A DNA stretch of 64,000 nt, from the IMG/VR virus record IMGVR_UViG_3300028591_000128, positions 1 through 64,000 of that record. One strand, given 5' to 3'. This document shows positions 47,327-57,183 of the stretch, piece by piece. This DNA is from a virus (taxonomy: Duplodnaviria > Caudoviricetes). The translations under genes were made by a program, and so were the position numbers. The notes under the pieces are model-generated. The model was not told where the DNA came from. It saw only the letters and a program-made list of their open reading frames with translations, and did not search any database. Every line of letters starts with the position of its first letter. The first letter of the stretch is position 1.

Positions 47327-50300
47327 TTATGATTGTGATCCATTTCGGATTCTAAGACCTGTAATTGTTACATCTTCCATATTGGATACAGTAAGGAAGA
47401 ACTCCCAATTTGTATTGTTTTTAGGTAAGAAATCAGTATTGTTATGGTTCAACTCCGGTGTAGTTGCTAATAGTGTGTTGTCTTTATAGAATTTTAGCAC
47501 AAGTTTACCATTAGCACCTTCATCAGATTCAATCTTGAATGTAGAATTTGCAAAATAAGTTAAACCTTCTACACCTAAACTAACAAATCCTGCGTGTTCT
47601 ACCGTTGGGTTAAATGTATACCAATCTGCACTAAATCCCCATTGCCCGTAATCTTCATCGGCAGTTATGAACCCAATGTACTGACTAGCATCACCTATAA
47701 GATTTCCAATGATCCAAGAATCTGCCCAATCACGGTGATACATTGTGCAATCAGTTACATCAAATTCTACTACTGTACCGGGAACGAACAAGGTTGCAGG
47801 TACACATATGTTTTTGCCATCAGCATCCTGTATACGAATACCTGTACCTTGCACCCACTCACCTGTAGCAGGTGTTGTAGTGTTATCTGCAAATGTCAAG
47901 TTTGCAGACTGTTCAGTATCAACAAGACTAGATGTAAAATCCCAATTGTATGTCCAACTTGTTGATGTAGGTACAAATGTACCGAAAGTTGAAGTTCTCG
48001 GTGGTTTGTTTACAAGTATAGGTGTAGTTACATTCTGACCACCTATAGAATCAGTACGTGTTCCATTTGTTCCGAAGCAATATGCATCGTATTCTTCCCC
48101 TGCCTGATCATAATAATAAGGATAATTTGCTTGATCAATATGGACTACTTGCAAACCTGTTGTATCCCAAGTACCTCCACTCCAATTTGGAAATCTGTAA
48201 CCTTGCTCAAATGCATGGTATGTTTCATTACCAACATCATCTAAGTTAGATGCACACATTCTAGTAAAGTCAGAAGAATAATTAATAAATATCCAATGAT
48301 CTAATGATGAGAAGTCTAGTACACCTGGCATCGGACGATCATGACCTGAATAATTCTCTACATCATTAGGTTTGTAGAACATTTCAGAAAAATCTGTAAC
48401 ATCATGCACATCCCAAGAAGATAAATCTACATTTATGAGATAATGTAAATTACTAAACATATTGGACAATGATGCATCATCAATATACCAATTACGTGCA
48501 ATAATTGTTTGGAACTTCGGACTATCATTTATAATATCTGAACCAGTAAATCCGAATATTTCAGATAAACTTGTATGGTCTCCAAAACGTATGGTCATGT
48601 TGTTCCATACAAGTTTATTTATATCTGAGTTTTGGAAGAAATCTGTGTAACATCCTTCGCCATGACTTAAACTCATTCCATGACTATCAGGTAGTATCAG
48701 CACAGAGTGATCACTTACTGATCCGAATGAAGCACTTTCAAACATACTTGATAGGTCAGTAGATTCTCCAATGTTCCAAGAACTCATGTCAAATATGTAT
48801 CCATCATATTCTTGCGAATATGTACTAGGAAGAATTGCGTTTTTGAACATTGAATCACATGTGAAGTAACCGTTATCATTAATCCATCCATCAAAATCAG
48901 TGCTAGAGTAATTATGTAGATCACAACCTTCGAACATTCCAGAAACAGATTCTATAGAATTTATGCTCCAGTTACTAAAAATTCCTGATGGGACTTTACG
49001 ATGTTCACCAGTATATCCATAACTGAACATGAATTCAAAATTGGTTACTCTACTTACATCCCAGTTTTCTAATCCATGAACCTGTAATAATAAATCAGCC
49101 AGTGATTGCGAGCTAGTTGCAAACATGTACGACATATCTGTAACACTACTTGTATTCCAGGATGAAGTGTGTAAATCATTATAGAACTCTTTAGTGGATT
49201 CAAACATATGGGACATATTCGTAACATGACTTACATCCCAAGATGATACATCCCCATATACAACTGCACCACGGAACATGTTCTCCATAGTGGTGACACT
49301 GGAGGTATCAAGATAAGATATATCTACATAAGTATCACAATCTTCAAACATACTCTCCATAGTTGTTACATTAGATGTATCCCAATGTAGCTCCGCTTGT
49401 GACCCCTTGTATTCTTTGAATGTACTATTCATGTACATAACATTTGAAGTATCTAGATGTTCAGGAATAGGTATATCCGAACCCTCAAATGCATAGTTCA
49501 AATTTACAAGTGAATCTAGTTTCAAGTTGGATAAATCATCACCATAGAAATATCCTGTGTAATCATATTGGAATATTCCACTCATGGTAGTTACATTTGC
49601 TGTATCCCATTCCCTGATACCGTATATGCAATGTATGTGGTCCATACTCGCAAAGGTATTGGATAGATTTGTTATGTTCTGAGTACTCTCCATATCAATA
49701 CCCAGGTATTTACATGGGTTATCAGCAAACAGATTCTCTAATGATGTGAGATTATACGCATCCCAATTTCGGAATGAAATAGTTTCTGTACCATTTATTG
49801 CTGCAAGTATGTCCTTGAAATTCTGCAAGTTAGTAAATTGCAACGGTGTATCACAATAATAAAGCCCATCGTCATAGTACACGTAAGTAGTAGGGTCAGT
49901 TGTATCTAATGATTGAGCATGCATTCTGAATTCTTCAGCAGTTTCACCAATGGACTGGGGCTCTTCGTAGTAGTAAGACTCACTATTTTCAGGTAAGTGA
50001 TACTCCAGTACAGCTGTATCATAACCTGTTTCAAGTGGTAAGAACCTATAAGCACTACTAGACGCAGATCTTAATTGATTGATACCACTGGAACTTAATG
50101 TGACGAATCCAGAAGGTGTAGCAGGTGTAAATGTTCCAAATCCAGAACCAGCTTTCGGTTCAGCAATACCTTTACCATATGGATTAAATGCGTAATATGG
50201 GTAATCAAACTCCCCAGATTCATACTGAGATAATCCAGTCCTATCCCAAGTACCATTCCAATTTGGGAATCTATAGGTGTTCTCACAAGGTTTTTCGTTG

Positions 50301-53300
50301 AACCAACAGCAAGGTACAGGATAGCCATTACCATAATAGTCCACATCATCCTCAGTAGCATCCGGATCTGAACAATGTAGCACGGATCCGCACATCTCAT
50401 AGAAGTCTACACCACTAGAAATATCCCAATCATCCAATGATGAGTAATCAATGATACCAGGAGATGGACTAGCCTCATCAGGTTCTAGAGCTTCTAATCT
50501 ACTAAACATTTGCCGGAAGTTAGTTATGTGTGATACATCCCATCCAGATAAATCTATTGCACATAACTTACGCCAACGTGTGAAGAAATTAGATAAATCT
50601 GTTATAGATGGATCAAATGTCCAGTTTTTAGCTTCAAAGTAGTATATATGATTATCTGCAAAGAATGCTTTTATCTTATTCAATGTAGATACACTGTCAA
50701 CATGTATGTTATTCAGCACCACTTTAGGTACGCTACATAGATCCATTGCATGTGAATAATATGTTAAATTGCTGAAATTAAATGTTGGCAATTTAATATA
50801 GAAGTTATCAGGATGTTCTACATTTAATGGAACTGCATAATATCCAGTGTCTCCTACATAAACATCCTCTGAATATGCTGGATGTATATCATCATCTTCA
50901 TAGCGTGAATAATGGTAGTAAATAGGTTTAGATGTAAATCCGTGAAACATGTGTTCTACATCTGTCACATTCCGTACATCCCATTCAGAAAGATCTAATG
51001 GTAAACAAATACCTCTAGCATCTGCAAACATGCTATTCATATCTTGTGCAGATGAACTTACTTTCATAGAGGAGAAATATCCAGTCTCATATTCAGATGT
51101 TGGACTGACCCATGCAGATAATGAATATGCACCTCCAGACCCATATGCTGATATACTATGTGTATCTGTATGAGTATCATAATCATCTCGTACATATACA
51201 CTCTGTTTACCTAGAACACCCTCAAGCATGTGGCTGAAGTTTACACCACCAGAACAATCAAGGTTCATCAATGCAGCACTAGCTGATGGTAACTGATAAA
51301 ACGCATAAGAAAAATTGGTTACACTACTTACATCCCAGTTTATCGCATAACCTGTATATGCGTGTGGAACATAACCATTTGTCAACGCAAACGTGTAAAA
51401 ACCATATGCAGATTCATAATCCAATTGAGATAATTTGTCAGTTTGATAGAACATGCCCTCCATATTTTCAAGATTGGGCGTACAATCATAGTCATCTGCA
51501 TAGAAGTTTATGAAAATGGAAGAACCATCATATCCAGTTATACTACTAAACATGTAGGATGTATCTGTAAGATATGGAAATCCACCATTGGAATTAGCAT
51601 AAAGTGTTCCAGGACTCGATCCAGCATTTATATCTGCACCATCAAACATATGTGACATACTAACTGCGTATTTAGCAAAATCATATTCGTAATCATATAG
51701 CTGTACATAAGCTATAGTAGAATGATAGAACATGTAAGATGCATCTACTTCACGATTGAATGTAAACCATCCGGAATTGATACTATCTGCATCAATGTTT
51801 GCAAGCATATATGTTGCATCTATAGGATATGCTGATTCATGAGTAGAAGATCCAAAAATGAACTTCGCACCATTCACCAAATAATATCCCGAATGAGTAT
51901 ATATACCAGGGTTAGCACCATCAAACATATGACTTACATTTTCAACATTTGGTAATTCCACTGGATCAGATCCATATATATTAGAGAATTCACCATTAAA
52001 TTCGGAAAACATATATGATGCGTCTGTTACGTTTGCCAGTACATCCATGAATGCGGAATGACCCTCTGGGATTTCGTATACGCTTCCATTGAAGATTCCA
52101 TCAAAAGAATCTACACTACCTTGGAACATCCCTTTGGTAGATGTTACATTTACTGCGGAATCTATTCCAAATAACTGCCATGTAGTATGTACATGATATG
52201 CAGGATCAGCATTACGTCTAGTAAGTTCAGTAGATTCTCTAGATGCAAATAAGTAATCCATATTAGTTACTCTAGAATAATCCCAATCCAATAAATCTAC
52301 AAACAATTCATTTGGATTATCTTGCGGAGATAAACAAGTGTAAAATGCATTCATGACCGTATGGATATTTTCATCATCTAAGAATCCGATTGGAGTTGCC
52401 TCACAAGTGTAGAATATCTGATCTGATAATGTTGTAGTTCCTGAGTGCTCCCAATCCCCACTTACTGCGTATATAGGATATTCGTCCATTGATGTAGGAA
52501 TTGTAGATGTTGGATATTGCTTAATTTCTGAAGCATCAATGTAATCAGTAGTATTGGTGAAGTCTCCACCTATGTAGTACCCAGAGTAATATCCAGTTTC
52601 CGGATTGTATAATTGAACGATGCGTCTGAGCTTAGGAGTATAGTATCCTGAAGATGGTAATAATTCTGCGAAGTCATCAGCATATTCATTTGGAAGATAT
52701 GTGTAATCAACTCCATTAAAATGCCATTTAGTCATATCCTGTGTAATCATTGTAAGATTATAGAACGGATCTGTAGTTCTTGTGCTATAGTTTACTTCAC
52801 CTTCAGCAGTCCACCAAAATATTGTTTCTGTGTCATCTTCATTTGTAACAAAATCAAGATACAGATTCTCTTCCGTACTAAATACAGTAGGGTCAACAAG
52901 ATAACCTCTTTTCTCATCTGCCTGTTCAAAATAAACAGAACGACTACGAGAAGGAAGTTTCTCCAAGAATATTTTATTTAAAGCTCCAGAACTTGTTGCT
53001 CCTGTTGTAAGATAGAAATCATGATATGCAGGAGGCTCTGGAACAGGTTCAATGGAACCTTTTAGGAATTCGTTGATGCTTCCTATCTGTATCTTCCATA
53101 CAACTTGTACAACTTGATTTGTTCCAACTTTTAGTATGTTCTCTTTGAGGATCTTCCTGTTTTCTGGAACAGTCATATCCCAGTTAGATTCATTTGGAGG
53201 ACCGATTCTATATCCTGCAAGAAGTCCATTTTCACTACCAAGTTGCCAAGTCTTTTTCGACCATAGACCTGCTTCTGTAATGAACACATAATCTTTACCT

Positions 53301-54283
53301 TCTTCACGAAATTGTTTTAATGCTCCAGTGCTAATCATAGCACTATAAACTACATCAATTACTTTAGGCTGTTCGGATGCGTATTCTGGAACAATGTCAC
53401 GATAAGAAATCTCAACTCTAGGAAATGTGGTAGAAATGAGTTCCATGTTTATAGTTCTACCATTCGATGGTTGAGCAGTATCAGGTAACTTAGTCCATTT
53501 GGAATCATTAAATGGTCCTGCAGGAACAGATGTATCTGAAGTACATTCGTATAAGAACCCTTTGTACATTACTTGGTCTGCATTATGACCAGAAGATGCA
53601 GCTCTATAAGAAGAAGTAACATCGTAGGATGTAAATGCGTATCCAAGTCCGGGATATTTTCTCCCATTATTATCATCTCTTGGATATCCATCAGCCCCAT
53701 AACCCGGAACACGTTTCATGTACTCAACAAATCGTGCTTCTTCGTTGTAGGATACAAACGCATTGTAAGCCTCATCATACGCAACTTTAGCATCATCTCT
53801 TGCTTGCTTCTTACCAGCAATTCGGTTTGAACATACTTGACAAGATTCACAAGCTGTAGTTGCAGGATAGTATGGGCATTCATCTTTAAGTGCTGCTTCA
53901 GCATCATCTAATGCATCCTTGGCTGCATTCATTTCTTCAAGAAGTCTTTGATACTCAGGATCTGTAGAGCTTGGAATTTCATCCCCAATTCCAGCAGGAA
54001 GTCCTTCTGCATCTTGTTCCTGATTTAGAAGACCCATTGTTCCAAGTGAAATATATCTCGGAACATAGTTAGAAAGCATGGAGTAACCTGGATTAAGTCC
54101 ATGCCGTTCATTTGGCATAAAATCACCAATAAGATGATGTGCAACACCATACAGAAGTGAGTTAGTAGCAGCGTTATGTCCACTTACTTCTTGAACTACA
54201 TCCCCTGTCAATCTATCAAGAACTTGAATAGATACATTCTGCTTTATATCTAATTTCTTTGCAATTTCTGAAATATTCTGCAT
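47327..54283 (-). CDS. Giant virion protein (2318 aa): tail/baseplate-like N-terminus plus BspA/DUF285-type LRRs
   Basis: Many WDVSxVTxMxxMF repeats; N-terminal HNAATN and ITEAGLW motifs. Confidence 0.75.
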   Translation of the reverse strand: MQNISEIAKKLDIKQNVSIQVLDRLTGDVVQEVSGHNAATNSLLYGVAHHLIGDFMPNERHGLNPGYSMLSNYVPRYISLGTMGLLNQEQDAEGLPAGIGDEIPSSTDPEYQRLLEEMNAAKDALDDAEAALKDECPYYPATTACESCQVCSNRIAGKKQARDDAKVAYDEAYNAFVSYNEEARFVEYMKRVPGYGADGYPRDDNNGRKYPGLGYAFTSYDVTSSYRAASSGHNADQVMYKGFLYECTSDTSVPAGPFNDSKWTKLPDTAQPSNGRTINMELISTTFPRVEISYRDIVPEYASEQPKVIDVVYSAMISTGALKQFREEGKDYVFITEAGLWSKKTWQLGSENGLLAGYRIGPPNESNWDMTVPENRKILKENILKVGTNQVVQVVWKIQIGSINEFLKGSIEPVPEPPAYHDFYLTTGATSSGALNKIFLEKLPSRSRSVYFEQADEKRGYLVDPTVFSTEENLYLDFVTNEDDTETIFWWTAEGEVNYSTRTTDPFYNLTMITQDMTKWHFNGVDYTYLPNEYADDFAELLPSSGYYTPKLRRIVQLYNPETGYYSGYYIGGDFTNTTDYIDASEIKQYPTSTIPTSMDEYPIYAVSGDWEHSGTTTLSDQIFYTCEATPIGFLDDENIHTVMNAFYTCLSPQDNPNELFVDLLDWDYSRVTNMDYLFASRESTELTRRNADPAYHVHTTWQLFGIDSAVNVTSTKGMFQGSVDSFDGIFNGSVYEIPEGHSAFMDVLANVTDASYMFSEFNGEFSNIYGSDPVELPNVENVSHMFDGANPGIYTHSGYYLVNGAKFIFGSSTHESAYPIDATYMLANIDADSINSGWFTFNREVDASYMFYHSTIAYVQLYDYEYDFAKYAVSMSHMFDGADINAGSSPGTLYANSNGGFPYLTDTSYMFSSITGYDGSSIFINFYADDYDCTPNLENMEGMFYQTDKLSQLDYESAYGFYTFALTNGYVPHAYTGYAINWDVSSVTNFSYAFYQLPSASAALMNLDCSGGVNFSHMLEGVLGKQSVYVRDDYDTHTDTHSISAYGSGGAYSLSAWVSPTSEYETGYFSSMKVSSSAQDMNSMFADARGICLPLDLSEWDVRNVTDVEHMFHGFTSKPIYYHYSRYEDDDIHPAYSEDVYVGDTGYYAVPLNVEHPDNFYIKLPTFNFSNLTYYSHAMDLCSVPKVVLNNIHVDSVSTLNKIKAFFADNHIYYFEAKNWTFDPSITDLSNFFTRWRKLCAIDLSGWDVSHITNFRQMFSRLEALEPDEASPSPGIIDYSSLDDWDISSGVDFYEMCGSVLHCSDPDATEDDVDYYGNGYPVPCCWFNEKPCENTYRFPNWNGTWDRTGLSQYESGEFDYPYYAFNPYGKGIAEPKAGSGFGTFTPATPSGFVTLSSSGINQLRSASSSAYRFLPLETGYDTAVLEYHLPENSESYYYEEPQSIGETAEEFRMHAQSLDTTDPTTYVYYDDGLYYCDTPLQFTNLQNFKDILAAINGTETISFRNWDAYNLTSLENLFADNPCKYLGIDMESTQNITNLSNTFASMDHIHCIYGIREWDTANVTTMSGIFQYDYTGYFYGDDLSNLKLDSLVNLNYAFEGSDIPIPEHLDTSNVMYMNSTFKEYKGSQAELHWDTSNVTTMESMFEDCDTYVDISYLDTSSVTTMENMFRGAVVYGDVSSWDVSHVTNMSHMFESTKEFYNDLHTSSWNTSSVTDMSYMFATSSQSLADLLLQVHGLENWDVSRVTNFEFMFSYGYTGEHRKVPSGIFSNWSINSIESVSGMFEGCDLHNYSSTDFDGWINDNGYFTCDSMFKNAILPSTYSQEYDGYIFDMSSWNIGESTDLSSMFESASFGSVSDHSVLILPDSHGMSLSHGEGCYTDFFQNSDINKLVWNNMTIRFGDHTSLSEIFGFTGSDIINDSPKFQTIIARNWYIDDASLSNMFSNLHYLINVDLSSWDVHDVTDFSEMFYKPNDVENYSGHDRPMPGVLDFSSLDHWIFINYSSDFTRMCASNLDDVGNETYHAFEQGYRFPNWSGGTWDTTGLQVVHIDQANYPYYYDQAGEEYDAYCFGTNGTRTDSIGGQNVTTPILVNKPPRTSTFGTFVPTSTSWTYNWDFTSSLVDTEQSANLTFADNTTTPATGEWVQGTGIRIQDADGKNICVPATLFVPGTVVEFDVTDCTMYHRDWADSWIIGNLIGDASQYIGFITADEDYGQWGFSADWYTFNPTVEHAGFVSLGVEGLTYFANSTFKIESDEGANGKLVLKFYKDNTLLATTPELNHNNTDFLPKNNTNWEFFLTVSNMEDVTITGLRIRNGSQS

Positions 54284-54294
54284 GTCTACCCCCT

Positions 54295-54666
54295 CTACGG
54301 AATCTCGGAAGTTGTAGATTCTTCATCATGTACTGTAATCGTTGTAGTTCTATAAGAATTAGTTCCTTTGATTTCTAATCTATATTCTCTTGGTGCAAGT
54401 TCTTGATTCAGTGGATTATCCTCGTGCTTGGGTTCATGTGGATCAATCCGTCTATGAAGATTTGGATTTGTAAATCCGGTTACTTGATCTTTATCATATG
54501 CAATTTGATCTTCAATTGTACCATCCTCGGTCTGAACCCAACCGGAACCTGCACCTGCAATAGGATAAGGAACCTCATTTCCATCTGCATCTGTGTATGT
54601 TAAGTTTTGAAGGTCGGATTCTGTATAAGTTTTATCTAAATTTGGCCAAATTGTAGGGTCGGGCAT
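54295..54666 (-). CDS. Hypothetical late protein
   Basis: GGAGG RBS; late motif upstream. Confidence 0.6.
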   Translation of the reverse strand: MPDPTIWPNLDKTYTESDLQNLTYTDADGNEVPYPIAGAGSGWVQTEDGTIEDQIAYDKDQVTGFTNPNLHRRIDPHEPKHEDNPLNQELAPREYRLEIKGTNSYRTTTITVHDEESTTSEIP

Positions 54667-54730
54667 ATACTACCACCTCCATTACTTCTTATAAGATTAT
54701 ACAAGGTTGGGTTTCTATGAACACATAGAA

Positions 54731-54760
54731 AGGGTGGTGAGCAAGTCTGCGCACCACCCT
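54731..54760 (-). terminator. Stem-loop after endolysin
   Basis: AGGGTGGTG...CACCACCCT. Confidence 0.55.
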
Positions 54761-54769
54761 AGGAACAAC

Positions 54770-55897
54770 TTATTTAACTATAACATAACCATCCTTGTCA
54801 AACTCATAATCAACTTTATTGATTCGAACTGTTCGACTTGATGGATACCATCCTTCGGCAGTAGTAAACCACTTACCTTTAGAATCTGATTTCCAATACC
54901 CCTTCTGCTTGTAAGTTTGCTTACCGTTCGCATCTAAGAACAACCCATCAATCCACTCGATATTTGCCATGTGTCCATCAGGATATAGATAGTACTTGCA
55001 ACCATTTATGGTTTGCCATCCGGTAAGCATAGCACCATCAGCACCAAGGTAGTACCAACCGCCTTTGTAAAGTTCCCACTTGTTCTTCACCATGTTGCCA
55101 TTTTCATCGTAGTAATACCACTTGCCGTTCTTCTTAACCCATCCGGTCTGAATCTCTACATCACTGATGTATCTTGTACCTTGATATAGACCACAAGACC
55201 ATCCAGACTTGTGCTGAAGCCATGTATTACCACTAGCATCATGACGAAGTTTTGTACAAGTAACCTTGTCACCCTTTTTCAAAGATCCTGTTGATGCATA
55301 CTTATTTCCCGGACCCTTTCGAATCTGTACACCATCATACTTAACTTCATAAGTATTGTCTACTTTGTATCCATCCATTTCCTTTGGTTCTGGTTCAGGT
55401 GTTACATTATAAACAGGATGTCCATAATCAAGGATATCACTATTAGAGCGATAATAGCTCTTCGCCTTTACACCAGATACACCGCTACTTACATAGCAGT
55501 TACCTTCATAAGTATAAATCATCTTATCAGTTACTTTGTAAACAAACCCAATATGTCTTGGATATGGAAGTGATCCGAAGTAAACTGCGCATCCTACAGT
55601 TGGATTGTTGTCTACCCTTCCAATACTTTTCAGATATTCTCTCGAATACCTTACACCTGCTCCTAAACTGTCCTTTGGACGATTTAGAACTGTTCTTGCT
55701 CGGTCTTCTCCCAAGGCATTTATGAAATTCCAATCGAAGAAAACTGTGCACCAATCATATCCGTACTTGTTTCCGTTGTACCAATCCGTATAATTCTTGT
55801 CGATATCAAGTGCATATTTAGACTTTCTATCTTTACAAGTATATCCAGTTGCTACTTGGTCTGCAAAGGATTTTATTACCTTCTCAAGTTCAGTCAT
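54770..55897 (-). CDS. Endolysin: CHAP domain, SH3b and choline/cell-wall-binding repeats
   Basis: WCTVF, HIGFV and TYEGN (CHAP); IRKGPG..Y; GWVKKNGKWYYY..NG.M repeats. Confidence 0.88.
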   Translation of the reverse strand: MTELEKVIKSFADQVATGYTCKDRKSKYALDIDKNYTDWYNGNKYGYDWCTVFFDWNFINALGEDRARTVLNRPKDSLGAGVRYSREYLKSIGRVDNNPTVGCAVYFGSLPYPRHIGFVYKVTDKMIYTYEGNCYVSSGVSGVKAKSYYRSNSDILDYGHPVYNVTPEPEPKEMDGYKVDNTYEVKYDGVQIRKGPGNKYASTGSLKKGDKVTCTKLRHDASGNTWLQHKSGWSCGLYQGTRYISDVEIQTGWVKKNGKWYYYDENGNMVKNKWELYKGGWYYLGADGAMLTGWQTINGCKYYLYPDGHMANIEWIDGLFLDANGKQTYKQKGYWKSDSKGKWFTTAEGWYPSSRTVRINKVDYEFDKDGYVIVK

Positions 55898-55986
55898 GTT
55901 GGCATCACCCCTTTCATATAATATATTTGTAGAATAATTCTACATAACTATATAAAAGGTAGATGCCTTGCAATTTTAAATTATGA

Positions 55987-56991
55987 TTAAGCTATCTTAT
56001 TCTCTGCGAAAAATTTTCCTAAATTTGCATCTCTGGTTACATCAGAATATACTTGCAACATAGTTGCAGAATCCCAGTTCACCATATCCATAATGATATC
56101 AAGTGGAACATTCTGTTTAATGAGCATAGTTGTAAAATAATGTCTGATACTATGCCAATAGAAATCTTTTCCAAGTATTTTTGTAAAATCATCTGCCCAA
56201 TGATTTAATGACTCTATTGATAGTGGTTTATTGTGAAACTTATAAGATACAAATAGACAATCTCCACGAATCTTGTGTTTCTTATAATCTTCCATAAGAA
56301 GATCAAAGTAAGGCTTGAATTTATCTTTCAACACATATAGATGAATCTGTTTTCCTTGTACTCCTCTACCTTTCGTTTTGATAGGATTAGTAGACTTCCA
56401 CAACGAATCATAAATCACATTTTCATCTTTGAAGTCAGAAATCTTGAATCTAAATAATTCTGATTTTCTTCTACCAGAATACATAGCCAATGCTAACGCC
56501 GCTGCCTGCCGAATCCTATCATGTGCTACAAGATAATCCAGTAGTCCGTTTAATTCATCTTCTGTAAATACAGTTTTCGGTAGAACTTTTTTAACCGGAG
56601 GTGAATCTATCTGCTTTACAATATTCTTATACCCAGGATACTCATCATCCAAAATCTTTTCAATATAAGTAGACATAGTAGAAAGTGCAGACTTTACACA
56701 ATGCATCCTACTGGATGACCAATTCAATGTGTAGAGTGCGTAATCTTGAAACCGAATAAAATCACGTTTTGTAACCTTCGTAAATTCCTTATTACAATTA
56801 TGTATCAAGTTATACACAAAGAATGCTTCGATATTTTTCTGATACTCATAGATAGTAGTCGGTGCTCTGTCAATAGACTTCATGTAAGATAAGAAATCAC
56901 GAAGTAGAAATTTGTTCTCCGGTTTCACTAATTTCAAAGAGTTCTCATCAGTTAATGGATTTTTCTGTACTTTTCTCGCCATAAGTATCAC
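55987..56991 (-). CDS. Tyrosine recombinase/integrase family protein
   Basis: SGRRKSE (R), KTKG (K), HSIRH (HxxR), NW and terminal Y. Confidence 0.85.
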   Translation of the reverse strand: MILMARKVQKNPLTDENSLKLVKPENKFLLRDFLSYMKSIDRAPTTIYEYQKNIEAFFVYNLIHNCNKEFTKVTKRDFIRFQDYALYTLNWSSSRMHCVKSALSTMSTYIEKILDDEYPGYKNIVKQIDSPPVKKVLPKTVFTEDELNGLLDYLVAHDRIRQAAALALAMYSGRRKSELFRFKISDFKDENVIYDSLWKSTNPIKTKGRGVQGKQIHLYVLKDKFKPYFDLLMEDYKKHKIRGDCLFVSYKFHNKPLSIESLNHWADDFTKILGKDFYWHSIRHYFTTMLIKQNVPLDIIMDMVNWDSATMLQVYSDVTRDANLGKFFAENKIA

Positions 56992-57069
56992 ACTCCTTTT
57001 GGATTATTGACAATATAATGTGGTTATATATTATAACGATTTACCCCATCAAATTTCTAATGAAATTAT

Positions 57070-57103
57070 AAAAAGAACTCCCCAAGTTCATTGAGGAGTT
57101 CTT
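57070..57103 (-). terminator. Intrinsic terminator
   Basis: AAGAACTCC...GGAGTTCTT with T-tract on the minus strand. Confidence 0.6.
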
Positions 57104-57183
57104 AGAAGTGACATAAAATAACGGTTTTATGGGGTTATTATCGGATCGTTTTCGGAATTTTCGACCGTTGACGATCCATGATG

